Below, piece after piece: positions 1 through 12,825 of a DNA stretch of 64,000 bases; position 1 is the stretch's first letter, and every line of letters begins with the position of its first letter. The DNA is from Schmidtea nova (Eukaryota). Location: the NCBI GenBank assembly GCA_044892505.1, contig CM097883.1, positions 227,726,001 through 227,790,000 of the forward strand. The letters are read 5' to 3'. The notes beneath the pieces were generated by a model, which did not search any database, was not told where the DNA came from, and saw only the letters and a program-made list of their open reading frames with translations. Position numbers and translations under genes: made by a program.

Positions 1-2520
1 TCTTGTTTATAATGTGCCTTAGGAACTTTAGTTCTCGAACCAGTATATGACATTTTTCGGGATTTATGCTCAACCCTGCTAGTCTAACTCGTCCTAGTAT
101 TTCTTTCAGAACCGCATAATGTTGCTCTTTTATCTCTGTGAATACTAAAATGTCATACAAATAAACAACTGTACCTTTCATGTTGCCTAGTACTTTTCCC
201 ATTAATTCCTGAAATGTTCCTAGCCCCGCAGCTATTCCAAATGGCATTCTGTTGAAACAATATTGGCCGGTCGTGGTTGAAAAAGCCGTCTTTTTTGAAT
301 TTTCTTCAATTTCAACCTGATAATATGCATTTCCCAGGTCTATTGACGAAAAATGTTTTGCTCCTTCCAATCTATCCAATATATCAGCTATATTTGGCAT
401 TGTATACGCTTGTCTATTTGTAACTAGATTTAACTGTCTGAAATCTAGACTTAATCTGATGTCTTGTTTATCTTTTTTCCAGACACAAACCAGTGGTGTA
501 TTCCAAGATGAATTGCATTTTCTTATAATTACATTTTCAAATATAATCTGTATTGCCTCCTCAATCTTTGGCTCTAAATGGATTGATTGTCTTCGTGGCT
601 TGATATTTATTGGATTCCCGTGTGTATCTATTATATGTTTTACCAAAGTTGTGCATCCAATGTCCCATTTGTTTGCCATAAAGACATCTTGTTTATTCCT
701 TATAATTTCTGTTAATGCCACCTCGTTCACTTTTAATGCTTCCATTGCTCTGTTAAATCTTTCTGTTTCTGTTATCGGTTTTCCAAACTTTGCTTCGATA
801 TCACACATGTGTTTATCACTCATTTTTTTATCTCTTTCCGAGGCCATTGTATTTGAATTACAAATTGTTTCCACAACTCTATACCTCCAATCACTTCTGG
901 TGTTATGTGGTCAACAGTCGTGAACCTTACCACTTTGCATATTCCCATTATTTCAACATTCATCATTACTTTACCTTTGGTTTCCAATTCGTTATCATTT
1001 GCATATAATAGAACACTTGTCGTTTTCATCAATTCAATATTATTAAATTTTTTGTACTGGTTCAAACTCATGACGTTAACCGTTGCCCCTGAATCAAGTA
1101 AACAATCCATTTCTTCATTTTGGATTATGATTACCACACTAGGTCTACCTTTCATTATGTCATACCTAATAATACTTGATCTCATTTTATCTATTGTCAA
1201 GATGTCCGTACTTATCTGGTCTTCATCTTCACATATCTGAGTCTTATCAAAGTTCTTCTTGAAAAAACTATTAACTTTTTCTACTACTCGTTTGTCCTCC
1301 TCTTCCTGCTTCTTTTCCTTATCCTCTCTATTCTCCCACAAGTCTATTTTTTCTCTTGTTTTGTCCTTGTGGGAGTCTCCGACAGCATTTAAAAAACCGC
1401 CCAACAACGTCCTCTCTTGTCTGGGCCATCTCGTTTGGGGCAAATGAGAACCTCTCTTCATAATCTTCATAACTTTTATTTCTTATGTATGCAACTTGTC
1501 CATTCTGCGTACCATTATAGATCCTTGTTCCATTGTGATTTCTTCTTCCTTTCATTGTTTACATTTCGTAATTTCCTCTTTGTTGTCCGTTATCTCTATT
1601 TGAAATGTTTTGTTTCATCCAATTCAGATTCGTGTAACATTCTTCTGCCATGTGACCTTCTAATCCACATCTTTGACATCTGACTTTGTTACAATCTCTC
1701 CTTACGTGTCCTTCTAATCCACATGCATAGCATGTAACGACTCCTTTTTGTCTATTCGGGCAATCTCTCTGGATTTGTCCTTGTTTTCTACATGCATAAC
1801 ATGTACTAATTCTTTACTGCCTATTTGTATATTCTCTCTACGTATGTCCCTATTGTCCACATTCATAACACTCGATACTTCTTCGTTGTCTATTTGGACA
1901 TTGCCTTTCTACATGGCATTTACCGCGGCAACAAAAGCATTTTATAATATTATTATCTAAAGTTACGTTCTTTCTATATCTTCTGGTTCTATTTTCCGGT
2001 TCGACATATCTATTATTTTTAATGGTGACATCTTTATAGCTTCTTTTTATCTCTCCAGGTATTCTTTTCTTGATATTCTTTTTTATTTCTTCAGTACCTC
2101 CGATTTCATCTGCCCATTCTTTTCATTTTCAGCTTCTTTTCCGCGGAACAATGTACCAATAGCTGTTCTTCTAATTTTACTGCCGCCCACCAGACTCTTT
2201 ATCTTTCCAAAATAAACCTCTGGTTCTTCATTTGTTTGCCTATATTCAAACTCGGCTTTAATATTCTGCGTGATCGTGGTCTTCTTTGTATAGGTTATCC
2301 GAAGTTTTCTCTATAATCTTTTATAGATGGATCAACCTGGAAATATTTTTCTTTGATCTCCTTGTGGATCCAGAGTCCCACCATCATATCTTGTCGAAAA
2401 CCAGTAAGTTTGACAATCTTAAAATATTTCTCACATTGTTGGATGAATATTTCAACATCGCCATCTTTCTTCCGGCGTTAATTTACGCAATAATAGTTCG
2501 ATTGACGTGGTCTCATATTA
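1..2520 (-). mobile_element. Degenerate Ty3/Gypsy LTR retrotransposon fragment (gag - protease - RT), running off the left edge
   Basis: Minus-strand translation gives RT motifs (DFRQLN, SIDLGNAYYQ, TAFSTTTGQYCFNRMPFG, decayed VYLYDILV) at 1-~470, aspartic protease LLDSGATVNVM in ORF 820-1470, and a capsid-like gag segment (VEIFIQQCEKYFKIV) at ~2150-2480. Frameshifts are present. Confidence 0.85.
820..1470 (-). pseudogene. Retroviral-type aspartic protease region of the Gypsy fragment
   Basis: DCLLDSGATVNVMS active-site motif and downstream EVIGGIELW (IxG-type motif). Confidence 0.8.
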
Positions 2521-3830
2521 GATGTTGTTAAAATATCTTCGTTTAAATCAGATTCTGAAAGCATCCAAAAATATTTATTTAATAAATGAAAATTTTTTTC
2601 TCTTTGAGGATATTTAAACAAATGTGAAAACGATCATTTTTATTTAAAATACTTATTTAAAATCTATTTAAAAAATTTTTATTCAAATTTATTATTTTTT
2701 AAAGATAAAAACATTTTAAATTAAATTAAACTATTTTAATGTAACATTATTTTTCTATAAAATTTTACTTAAATTATTATTATATTTTTATAAAATATTT
2801 AATGAAACATTTAAAAATTATTTTAACTATCTCCAAATAATTATTTAATTTTAATTTTAATGCTCGTTAATAATCATGTCTAAATATCCTCACATATACA
2901 AATGCAGAAAAATACATAAATGGATTAAATGACAATGCATTTTGACAAATGTTTGCTTTTAAAACGATTTCTTTGCTCATTTGAACACAATGAACTTGCA
3001 ACTGTAACGAATACACATTATAGCTATTAATCTAGTTGGAAAATTTAATGCTTTTCGGAAAAGTTTTCTATTATTGTAACAGATCTCCAAATAGCCCAAC
3101 TTCTTCATTTTCGAAACCTTAAGAATATTTTCGCTTCAATACTGGACTCAACGACTATAACCAATGGGATTATATAATTCTTAAAACTCCTTCACAATAA
3201 TATCATTGACAGATTTAAAACCTTCCATATACTAAATGATTTATTGTTTATAATTCAAGATTCTTTTAAATTTAAGCTGTAAGAAAGTTTTCTTAGAATG
3301 CTAAGAAGTTATTGTCCTCTGTTGCTGAAAGTTATATACGGTTTCAACTTATGAATATTCAAAGTTCTAGTGCGCTGAAGGAAGATTTTAAATGTATTAC
3401 TGTTAGATTTGGTTCCGAAATTATTCAATAGGAGCAGTTCCCAAATGATAGAAAAAAAACAAATTATATATTGACTATGTTCAGTTCGACTTTCATTGTG
3501 AATCAGGCTTTTCACATATGAATAACGTCAAGGCAAACATTTGGAGCTCATTGAGCAGTGATAAACTACAAAATTGAATGTCATTTGCTGACTTCATATC
3601 AGCCTTATTTTATAAAATTAGCTCAAAAAGGGAAATGAAGCTTTTCGAATTAATAAAATTTTGTAGTGTTTTAACTTTTCTTGATTTTTTGCATAAATGT
3701 AATAACAAATGAACCAATAACATTTATTCAACGACCGAAGAAAAATTGATAAGAACAATTAATACTGGAAGACAAATTATAACAAGAAGTGATTTCGAAG
3801 GTTATTTTTGAATTATGGTATGATGTGTAG

Positions 3831-4044
3831 GGGTTTCGTTCACAATCCCGACAAATCACAATTTTACATATTTCGGTCATTTTCAATTTTCAGTGTAGAA
3901 TATAAAGATGAGTAACAGAAAAATTTAATTTTTGGCAATTATAAATTATACATTTAGGCTGATATTGATGTTTTTTGTCGGAATTGTGATTTGTCGGGAT
4001 TCTGATTGTCGAGATTGTGATTGTCGGGATTGAGAACGGCTACC
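3831..4044. mobile_element. ~214-bp MITE, MULE-like
   Basis: Imperfect TIRs (gggtttcgttcacaatcccgacaaatcacaat versus the reverse complement of attgtgattgtcgggattgagaacggctacc), subterminal AATCCCGACAA repeats, and flanking 9-bp direct repeat gatgtgtag/gatatgtag (1 mismatch). Confidence 0.55.
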
Positions 4045-5591
4045 GATATGTAGACGGCAATAAATGAAGAAGTATTAGTTGATTAAAATTGTTTTAAAAT
4101 TTTGTTGATTTTTTAAAATTGGTAAATATGTTTTTGTGTTGTTTGCTTATATAAATAATATGATCTGATAAATTTTTTGCTAATATTACCAAACGATATT
4201 TTTAAAGGTTTTTCTTAAATATCAAATTGCGGATAGAGATATAAGTATTGCAGTTAAAAAATGTTAAGATAAAAAAATGCAAATTTTGTAATGTATTTCT
4301 TTATTTCTTTATTTGATGAAAATACTTGAGACAAGAACGAGGTTACATGAGACAATGACGAAATAACCCGGGAAAGTTTGTAATAATATTGTAGTTATAT
4401 AATACGCAAATTATTGTTTTTCAAAAGAACTATACACGAAATTAATTAATTATCTGTTGTATGGCTAGTATCTAAATGGTTATGAAAGTGTGTATAAATT
4501 TCATTGGAGGAAATATCATTAATCTCCTCAATTAAGAAATTCATTGATTGATTTCTTCAAATTTATATCCACATAAAAAGAACTTATTGTGTAAAGAAGT
4601 AGATTTTATTACTGGGATTTAATTATAACTTAATTAATAACTTTAATTAATAACAAACTATAATAATATTAATAATAATATTAATAATAATGTTTATTAT
4701 AATATAAGTTTAGGAAATTAGGTAAATACAGTTTTTAATAATTCGGTCTATGAGTACCAGAAATAAATTAATTAAGTGTTTAATACTCATGTAATACCTA
4801 AATTGGTACTAATAAAAAGAGAGGAATATAATAAATATATAAGTTTATTTAATTAGCTCCAATCTTAATATGTTTCCTTTTAATAAATTGATATTATATA
4901 AACATAATATTCATTTGCTAACTGATTGAAGATATTCGGCATCAATTTATTATGTTGAATTAACTATTTAATTAATTCTATACTTATTAGACAAAGTCCT
5001 TACTTTGAACATACAATTATGAAGCGGAAATAGTGAAGTTTCCCTTTATAATATATTCGTTCTTTTCCCTAATAATACTAATATAATATTTAAAATGCGT
5101 TGTTATTAGGGAAAGGTTGTCAATCGCGAGAAGAATTATAATTTGTCACATGACGACTTGTTAACTATTGTTTAATTGTACCAAAATAATATCAGACCTT
5201 TTTTCGACAAAAATAATTATGAGTGAAAACCTATAAAAATTTGCAGGAAATATTTTATTGTATAAACTTAAGACTAGAAACATTTTATCAAATCTTAGAA
5301 TAACAAAGAAAAATAAATAAAATACAATTTATACATATGATAAAACCTCTTAAATTAATCAAAATGTGTTCTATTTATCAACTGTACGATACGTAAAATA
5401 CTAATAAATTATATACAAACTGTTAAATTATGTTCTTGTTTTCTTTGCGCATTTTCAACATGTAAGAATAGATTTTGCTTATTAAGATTTTAAATCGTTT
5501 AAACTATATGCGGAAGGCTGTATAATATGCTACTATGGTGTTTGAATAATAGAGATTTTTAGAATTATGAATTTTTAACTTGTGAAATATA

Positions 5592-6030
5592 ACATGGCAT
5601 CACAACTACCAATATTGAATCTCTCGGATGCAAAATCATCAGCCGTATGGTTTTTTTCTTTTAAAGCTCATGCAAATGCTAATATTTTTGAAGATACCAT
5701 CACACAATAAGAGATTATTGTAAATTTCATCGCAACTTGCAAAATTGCAGCATTATCGAAGATAATGGCAATACTTTCTCCAAAAGCTGTAGATTACTTG
5801 TCAATTGAAGAGATAAGCGAAGAAATTATAAACGATTATGAACTATACGACATTATGCTAATGAATGTCATTATATGTTTTAAAAACAGGGCAAAAACCA
5901 TTGCAGTCATATCACCGTCTTCTATTCTTCTCAGCATATAATGCGTGCTTATTTACGAGACATCTCAGTGATATTAGATAAAGCCAAATTCAAATTATTA
6001 ATGCAAGAGGATACTGGTGTTTCATGAACT
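5592..6030 (+). pseudogene. Highly degenerate Gypsy gag-like fragment
   Basis: MASQLPILNLSDAKSSAVWFFSFKAHANANI resembles the gag N-terminus (LPxF...WFxxFEA) of the element at 61.4 kb. Many stops. Confidence 0.3.
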
Positions 6031-6313
6031 ATAATTTCGACAAACATTTGAGATTTTTTAAATCATAGTAAATTATCAAAATGTAATAAAATTCCTTATT
6101 GAGCTATGATAACACAGCTCTAAAAATCCTTGGAACCCTCTACCTACTGATCAACTGTGAAAGTCGGTATGAAGTTCAATAAGTGCAAATAGTGGAATCA
6201 GATTAACATTTTGAATTACTTGGAAGAGATATCTTAACGACTTGTATTCACCACTCAAACATTGAAGTTATATAACATAATATACCTATGTTATGTGAAT
6301 ATAAATATTCGTA

Positions 6314-7610
6314 CGTGGTGCGCCCAATAAGTAGTGAGACTAAAATAGAAAGACTTAAGATATCAACACAAAACTTTGTATTTAGAACAAGCATGGTAAA
6401 TAGACATCATTTCTCAAAATAATTTCCTTCTGCACTGACACAATTTCCCAAGCGAATAACGAGGTTTTTGAAGGCGTTTTCGAAGAATTCTGGAGGCTTT
6501 TCTCCCAGAAAACTCTCCACGGCTGCTCTCAAATCATGTTTATTGGCAAACACCTGGCCCCGCAGATGCTTCTTAAGATGGTTAAACCGGAAAAATTGGA
6601 GGGAGCCAAATCGGGATTGTATGGTAGATGGGGAAACAAATTGAGCCCGCAACACTCAATTTTGGCCATGGAAACACTGCTGGTGTGGATGGGAGCATTA
6701 TCGTGTAAAAAATAGAGATCACACACTCTGCTCTTGCGTGGTGCCTTTTTTGCTTGCTGCACGATGTTGGAGTAGTAAGAACTATTGATCTTCACGCCAA
6801 ATAATGCCATTGGCGTCCCAAAACACCGTCAGCATGAGAGCCATTCGGTGGCAAGTTGAGGACCGCATTTTCAGTGAGCTGCTTTCTCCTGGCAGTTTCC
6901 ATTCTTGAGACTCTCTTTTAGATTTGGGGACATAAAGGGACAACGGTGTCTCGTCCACAGTGATGATATTATCAATGAAACGGTCTCCAACATTGGTCCT
7001 GATCTGCAGATTCTCCAAGTAGCATTCCAAGCGTCGTTGTCGCATTTCCACCGTTAAGAAGCGTGGCACAAAACGGGAACATAGTTTTCGAATAACACTT
7101 TCAGTGAGGAGAGTATGCACAGTGCCTTTGCTCACATTTAGACGGGTTGTGAGCTCTCTCGTCGTTACTTTTCTCTCGTTTTGCACGATTGTCTGCAACT
7201 TTTGCGTTATTTTTTCATCAATTTCTGAGGGTCTTCTAGATCTTTCTTCGTCCACCACGGAGGTTCTACCTCTCTGAAAGTAATTGAACCAACGATAAAA
7301 TGTTGCTGTGGATGGGCACTGTTGTTGGTAAACAGCTTTCAGTTAAGAAAGAACCTATTCTCTATTTTTTCCTTTCAGAAAGAGAAAGCGAATAACGCTA
7401 CGGTATTGAATGACTAAAATTTATTAAAACAACAATTCTAATTTCCAGAGGCATTTTTCGAATGTTCGCAAAAATATACTTAAACAAATGGAATATTAAA
7501 ACAAAATACATTTTCTTTACCTATATATGTTGAAGTTTAAATATGTCTATATCAATTTTTTTACTATTATTATTTCTATATTAGTCTCACGACTTATTGG
7601 GCGCACCACG
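6314..7610 (-). mobile_element. Full-length mariner (Tc1/mariner, DD34D type) DNA transposon, 1,297 bp, non-functional
   Basis: TIRs cgtggtgcgcccaataagt(a/c)gtgagact at both ends, TA target duplication (6312-6313, 7611-7612), and transposase motifs split over three frames. Confidence 0.95.
6407..7258 (-). pseudogene. Mariner transposase pseudogene
   Basis: HTH (VTTRELTTRLNVSKGTVHTLL), ITVDETP (D1), MLTVFWDANGII, LHDNAPIH (D2), PHLPYNPDLAPSNF (third D replaced by N). At least two frameshifts. Confidence 0.92.
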
Positions 7611-7913
7611 TATATTCTATATCGTGCTCATCATGTAACTGATACACTTAAAGCAATATCAGTTTTAAGTTCCAGGTTTAAATACTCAAGTATTCATACC
7701 CACTTGTATCCAAATAGGCTCATTTACTTAATGCTTTGTAAGTAATTGTGTGAACGTTCTGCTTGAACATATAAATATGACTTTTTGAAAAAGAAAAAGA
7801 GCCTAGTGTAATAAGTTCCCATTGAATTAAAATCTATCAATGAACATTTAAAATTAACATTATTTCATTTAAAATAAAAATCTATTTCTATTTATTTTAA
7901 TATTTTATATAAT

Positions 7914-8766
7914 TTTCGGGGTTGAACAAAAGAAGCTCAAATACAAAAATAAAAAGTACAAAACTTGATGGAAAATTAATAAAAGTATAAACATTTTAAA
8001 AATAAAAATTTAAACCATAAAAATTAATTAAAATTTGGAAAGTTTAAAAATATAGATTTAGCGGGGGAAATTAATAAGGGTGTATGCCGAATCCAAAAAT
8101 GGAAAAATAAAATTAATGAGGAGTCCCCAGAAGAAAAGAAATCAAAAATTAATAAATTAATTAAGAGTAAATTGGCCTATGGGAAACCAAGCCAATGGAG
8201 AACCCTAATAGTGTAGGAAGCCCGGATGAACCGCGAGACAGGTAATTATCCCTGAGAAAATTAATTCCAAAGGAAACCTGAGAAGAGCGATTCGCGGAAG
8301 TGTAATTGATCATTTTATATTTAATAAAAAATTTTGACAGACAGTTTAATCAGATAGTGAAAATTCATCATATTAAATAAGAAAAAAATAAGAGAAAAAT
8401 CCTAAAGTTTGCCAGAGTGGTCGAAAACAAAAGGTGAGCAAACAATTATCAAACGGGAAGACAAAGTTAAACGAGTTGAAAAGAAAAGTTAAACGATTTA
8501 GAAGTTGAATTTATTCTTCACAGCGTACCAGAAAGGGAGATTTTCCTTTGGGAGACTTATCCCTGCGCTCAGTTAGAAAAAGCAGTTTAATATAAGTTAT
8601 TGACAAATTTCTCTACAGAGACTTGTTGTTGTCAGAAATTGTATCAAAAATTATGTTAATTCTAGTTTCGAATAAAATTGTCTGTGTTGGGTTGTTTTCT
8701 TGAATCAGTCTTAAGAACACCAAGAAATCAGATAAACAGTATCGATTAATTAATAAATACCCAACA
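7914..8766 (+). mobile_element. Probable solo LTR (family beginning TGTTGGGGT, ending CCCAACA)
   Basis: Decayed start tttcggggt, end acccaaca, flanking TAAT/TAAT 4-bp duplication. Visibly similar to the LTR starting at 53794(-) and shares ggaaacc-repeat motifs with the LTR at 25.6-26.6 kb. Confidence 0.55.
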
Positions 8767-9252
8767 TAATTAATGTTTTCTTTTATATTTCTCCAAACAA
8801 ATAAACAGAATTTTCACAAAACATTTTTAGTGTAAAAATTGTTTTTTTTATCAATATTCAAGGATAGTTATCTGTAACAATTTCATTTTTAACGATATTT
8901 GTCTTTTTAAGGTTTTTCACTCATTACTTCGTGATAGTATTTTTTTAGCTTAGAATAGACCATTTAGTGAAGGTTGATACTTGATATGGTGACAAATAAT
9001 CTTTTTAATTGAAATTGTTAATAAATACCTTTAAATAAGATTATACCATTTGAGGCTTTTTAAGCTTTTTTCGGCTTCTTTTTGTGAGAGTCAACTTTTT
9101 GATTTAAATTAATAACATCTCAATGAATGGATTCTTTTGTATGATAGCTTAAATCCTTTTAGTGATTTTTTTACACCTGAAATTAATTTTAGACTTAAAC
9201 TATTTATTTTATTAAAATTGAATTTTTCAGGTATTTTTATCAATGGTTTTTC

Positions 9253-10346
9253 AGTAGACAGAAATGTCCACCATGAGTCATACTTAAACAAAGACATATG
9301 ACTCATCGATGATTCATAACAAAGACAACGAGTCACCCTACCCCCGCCCCGATGACTAATTTTCTTTGTTATGACTCATCGATGACTCATTTTAAATTTG
9401 AATTTCCAAAGGTCAAATAAGGTCAAACCTTCAAACAAGGGTATCATTCGAAAAGTATTTGAGAGGTAAGTATGTTGGTCATACCCACGAAGGTGTATGG
9501 TGGGTGCTCAACCTTCAAAGGGTGCAAAACCTTCAAACTTTTTCAAACCTTGTGTGTATTATATCAAACAAAAGGTATTGGAGATGTGCACACAATGGTC
9601 ATACCTTCGAAGGTCTATGGTGGGTGCTCAACCTTCAAAGGATGCAAAACCTTCAAACTTTTTCAAACCTTGTGTGTAATATATCAAACAAAAGCTATTT
9701 GAGATGTGCACACAATGGTCATACTTTCGAAGGTCTATGGTGCGTGCTCAACCTTCAAAGGGTGCAAATCCTACAAACATTTTCAAACCTTGTGTGTATT
9801 ATATCAAACAAAAGGTATTGGAGATGTGCACACAATGGTCATACCTTCGAAGGTCTATGGTGGGTGCTCAACCTTCAAAGGATGCAAAACCTTCAAACTT
9901 TTTCAAACCTTGTGTGTAATATATCAAACAAAAGCTATTTGAGATGTGCACACAATGGTCATACCTTCGAAGGTCTATGGTGCGTGCTCAACCTTCAAAG
10001 GGTGCAAATCCTACAAACATTTTCAAACCTTGTGTGTAATATATCAAACAAAAGGTAATTGAGATGTGCACACAATGGTCATACCTTCGAAGGTCTATAG
10101 TGCGTGGTCAACCTTCAAAGGGTGCAAAACCTTCAAACTTTTTCAAACTTTGTGTGTATTATATCAAACAAAAGGTAATTGAGATGTGCACACAATGGTC
10201 ATACTTTCGAAGGTCTATGGTGGGTTCTCAATCTTCAAGGGGTCAAAAACCTTCAAAGATTTTTAAACATTACAAGTTATATATCAAACAAAAGGTAATT
10301 GAGAGTTGAGTATGATGGTCATATTCATGTGTGTTGTAACACTCCG
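9253..10346 (+). mobile_element. Polinton-type terminal region (left), homologous and inverted to 32610-33473
   Basis: Starts AGTAGACAG, matching the reverse complement of CTGTCTACT ending at 33473. Followed by an ATGA(G/C)TCAT cluster and the same 120-bp repeat family. Runs into an N-gap at gttgtaacactccg. Confidence 0.7.
9475..10314 (+). repeat. Tandem array of seven ~120-bp units
   Basis: Unit starts (a/t)tggtcata at 9475, 9595, 9715, 9835, 9955, 10075, 10195. Several units carry the perfect 12-bp palindrome ACCTTCGAAGGT plus ACCTTCAAA half-sites. Confidence 0.97.
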
Positions 10347-10867
10347 NNNNNNNNNNNNNNNNNNNNNNNNNNNNNNNNNNNNNNNNNNNNNNNNNNNNNN
10401 NNNNNNNNNNNNNNNNNNNNNNNNNNNNNNNNNNNNNNNNNNNNNNNNNNNNNNNNNNNNNNNNNNNNNNNNNNNNNNNNNNNNNNNNNNNNNNNNNNNN
10501 NNNNNNNNNNNNNNNNNNNNNNNNNNNNNNNNNNNNNNNNNNNNNNNNNNNNNNNNNNNNNNNNNNNNNNNNNNNNNNNNNNNNNNNNNNNNNNNNNNNN
10601 NNNNNNNNNNNNNNNNNNNNNNNNNNNNNNNNNNNNNNNNNNNNNNNNNNNNNNNNNNNNNNNNCCAGACGTTGTAGTTCTGTGTGCCCACTCGTTTGTT
10701 TGTTTTTTGTGATAATTTTTGTTCGAGTCGCGTCTGTGTGCGCGTTTTTCCTGGCCATTGTTGGTATTTGGTATCTAGCATTGTCAGCGTCTGTGAGAAT
10801 TTTGATTTTGAAGTTTAGTTTTGGTTGTTTGAATAAGTGAATTAAATTGAACGGTTTGAAATTTTGA

Positions 10868-11294
10868 ATGGAGAAGTTGTGGAATTTATGGATTAACCTA
10901 ATGTCGGTTGTGATTCAATTACGGAAATGTCTATTGGTCGCTCTTCCTGCTACAATTAGGATCGTGGAATATTTTTATGATTGTCGAAACATTGCTTGTC
11001 TCACAGAAGGTATCTCAGTATTCTCATCATCATTATCTCAATTACATTCTCAATTAATGAAACCTTTTCTGTATCGCTGCTTAATGTCATTTTCAATTTA
11101 TGAACTTTCTCGAAATCGTGAATCTAGTAGGAGAATTCCGTATATTGTTGCTGCTGGAGCTGTTATCTCAACTGGAGAATTACTGCGAGTTGACGATTCT
11201 CCCGAAATCCTCTCAAAAGACTATTTGAATGCTGTTTATTTAGTTATGGAAACGAATAAAGATTATTATTTGGCCGTTCAATTGATGATTTTAC

Positions 11295-11299
<5 letters not shown>
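10868..11299 (+). CDS. Hypothetical 143-aa ORF inside the left terminal arm, unknown product
   Basis: Open frame in moderately complex sequence between a gap and an (AAT)n tract. No recognisable motif. Confidence 0.3.

Positions 11300-11345
<46 letters not shown>
11297..11345. repeat. (AAT)n microsatellite; similar tracts at 11772-11825, 43490-43565 and 49987-50055
   Basis: Directly visible. Confidence 0.95.
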
Positions 11346-11766
11346 GTTATAAAAACTTTACACTTAAAAAAAATAATATTAAACTTAAATTACAATAAAT
11401 TATAACATATAAAAAATTTTATAAAAATAACCAAGACAAAAAAAATATTTCATTGGTTAAATATTTAAACGAAGACAATTCAATGCCAAATTCCTTAACA
11501 AAGACAATTCATTGCCAAATTATTTAACAGAGACAAATCATTGCCAAATTACTTAACAAAGACGATTTATTGCCAAATTACTTAACAAAGACAATTTATT
11601 GCCAAAATCCCTAACAAAGACATTGCAATACCCGTGCAGTGTAAGCAACATGCTAACAAAGATATTGCAATACATATGCAAGTTAACAAAGACATTGCAA
11701 AACATATGCAAGTTAACAAAGACATTGCAATGCAGATACTAGTTAACAAATATATACATGCATACA

Positions 11767-11829
<63 letters not shown>

Positions 11830-11834
11830 TAATA

Positions 11835-11924
11835 AATAAGTAACAAAATAAGCCTTTGCTGCAAAAATAATTTTATTAAGTGAGAAAATTATTTTTGCAG
11901 CAAAGGCTTATTTTGTTACTTATT
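11835..11924. repeat. Perfect 40-bp inverted repeat with 10-nt loop
   Basis: aataagtaacaaaataagcctttgctgcaaaaataatttt (11835-11874) and its exact reverse complement (11885-11924). Confidence 0.95.
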
Positions 11925-11971
11925 AATTAATTAATTTATTACTTAATGCTGCTACCAAGGAATCACCATTT

Positions 11972-12002
<31 letters not shown>

Positions 12003-12745
12003 TTCATTTTAAAAACATTCAAGGATTAAAAATTTTTTTTTTAACAAAGACATTGTAATGCCAAAACATCTTAACAAAGACATTGCAATGCAGATACTAG
12101 TTAANNNNNNNNNNNNNNNNNNNNNNNNNNNNNNNNNNNNNNNNNNNNNNNNNNNNNNNNNNNNNNNNNNNNNNNNNNNNNNNNNNNNNNNNNNNNNNNN
12201 NNNNNNNNNNNNNNNNNNNNNNNNNNNNNNNNNNNNNNNNNNNNNNNNNNNNNNNNNNNNNNNNNNNNNNNNNNNNNNNNNNNNNNNNNNNNNNNNNNNN
12301 NNNNNNNNNNNNNNNNNNNNNNNNNNNNNNNNNNNNNNNNNNNNNNNNNNNNNNNNNNNNNNNNNNNNNNNNNNNNNNNNNNNNNNNNNNNNNNNNNNNN
12401 NNNNNNNNNNNNNNNNNNNNNNNNNNNNNNNNNNNNNNNNNNNNNNNNNNNNNNNNNNNNNNNNNNNNNNNNNNNNNNNNNNNGCAATCCATGTGCTATA
12501 TTAACAAAGACATAGCAGTACAGATGCAAGTTAACAAAATCATTGCAAGCCAGAATTACAAAGACATACATTCAATAATAATAGTAATAATAAAAGTAAT
12601 AGTAATAATAATTTAAAAAAAAACATTCAAGGTTTCAAAATTTTTAAAACTATATAAATATCATGCGAAAGATATTTGAGATGTATGTGTGTATTATTTC
12701 AAACCTTCAAGATGTCAAAATTAAATTAATTTAACTACCTCAACG

Positions 12746-12749
<4 letters not shown>

Positions 12750-12821
<72 letters not shown>
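12750..12821. repeat. (TA)n microsatellite; others at ~15080-15118, 17096-17158 and 18560-18594
   Basis: Directly visible. Confidence 0.95.

Positions 12822-12825
<4 letters not shown>

Noticed and set aside
459-1683. Plus-strand hydrophobic ORFs, and similar antisense ORFs over other elements (e.g. 22634, 34444, 42602, 48725)
   Set aside because: Shadow frames antisense to A-rich retroelement coding strands.
2900-5500. Host exons
   Set aside because: No consistent spliceable frame or recognisable domain found. The same holds for 45100-46700, 51100-52700 and 54900-57600.
9459-10309. Repetitive ORFs in the 120-bp array
   Set aside because: Open because the unit length is a multiple of 3, and open in several frames with no coding signal.
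9475-10314. CRISPR array
   Set aside because: Whole 120-bp units are repeated with no unique spacers, no cas genes are present, and the context is eukaryotic.
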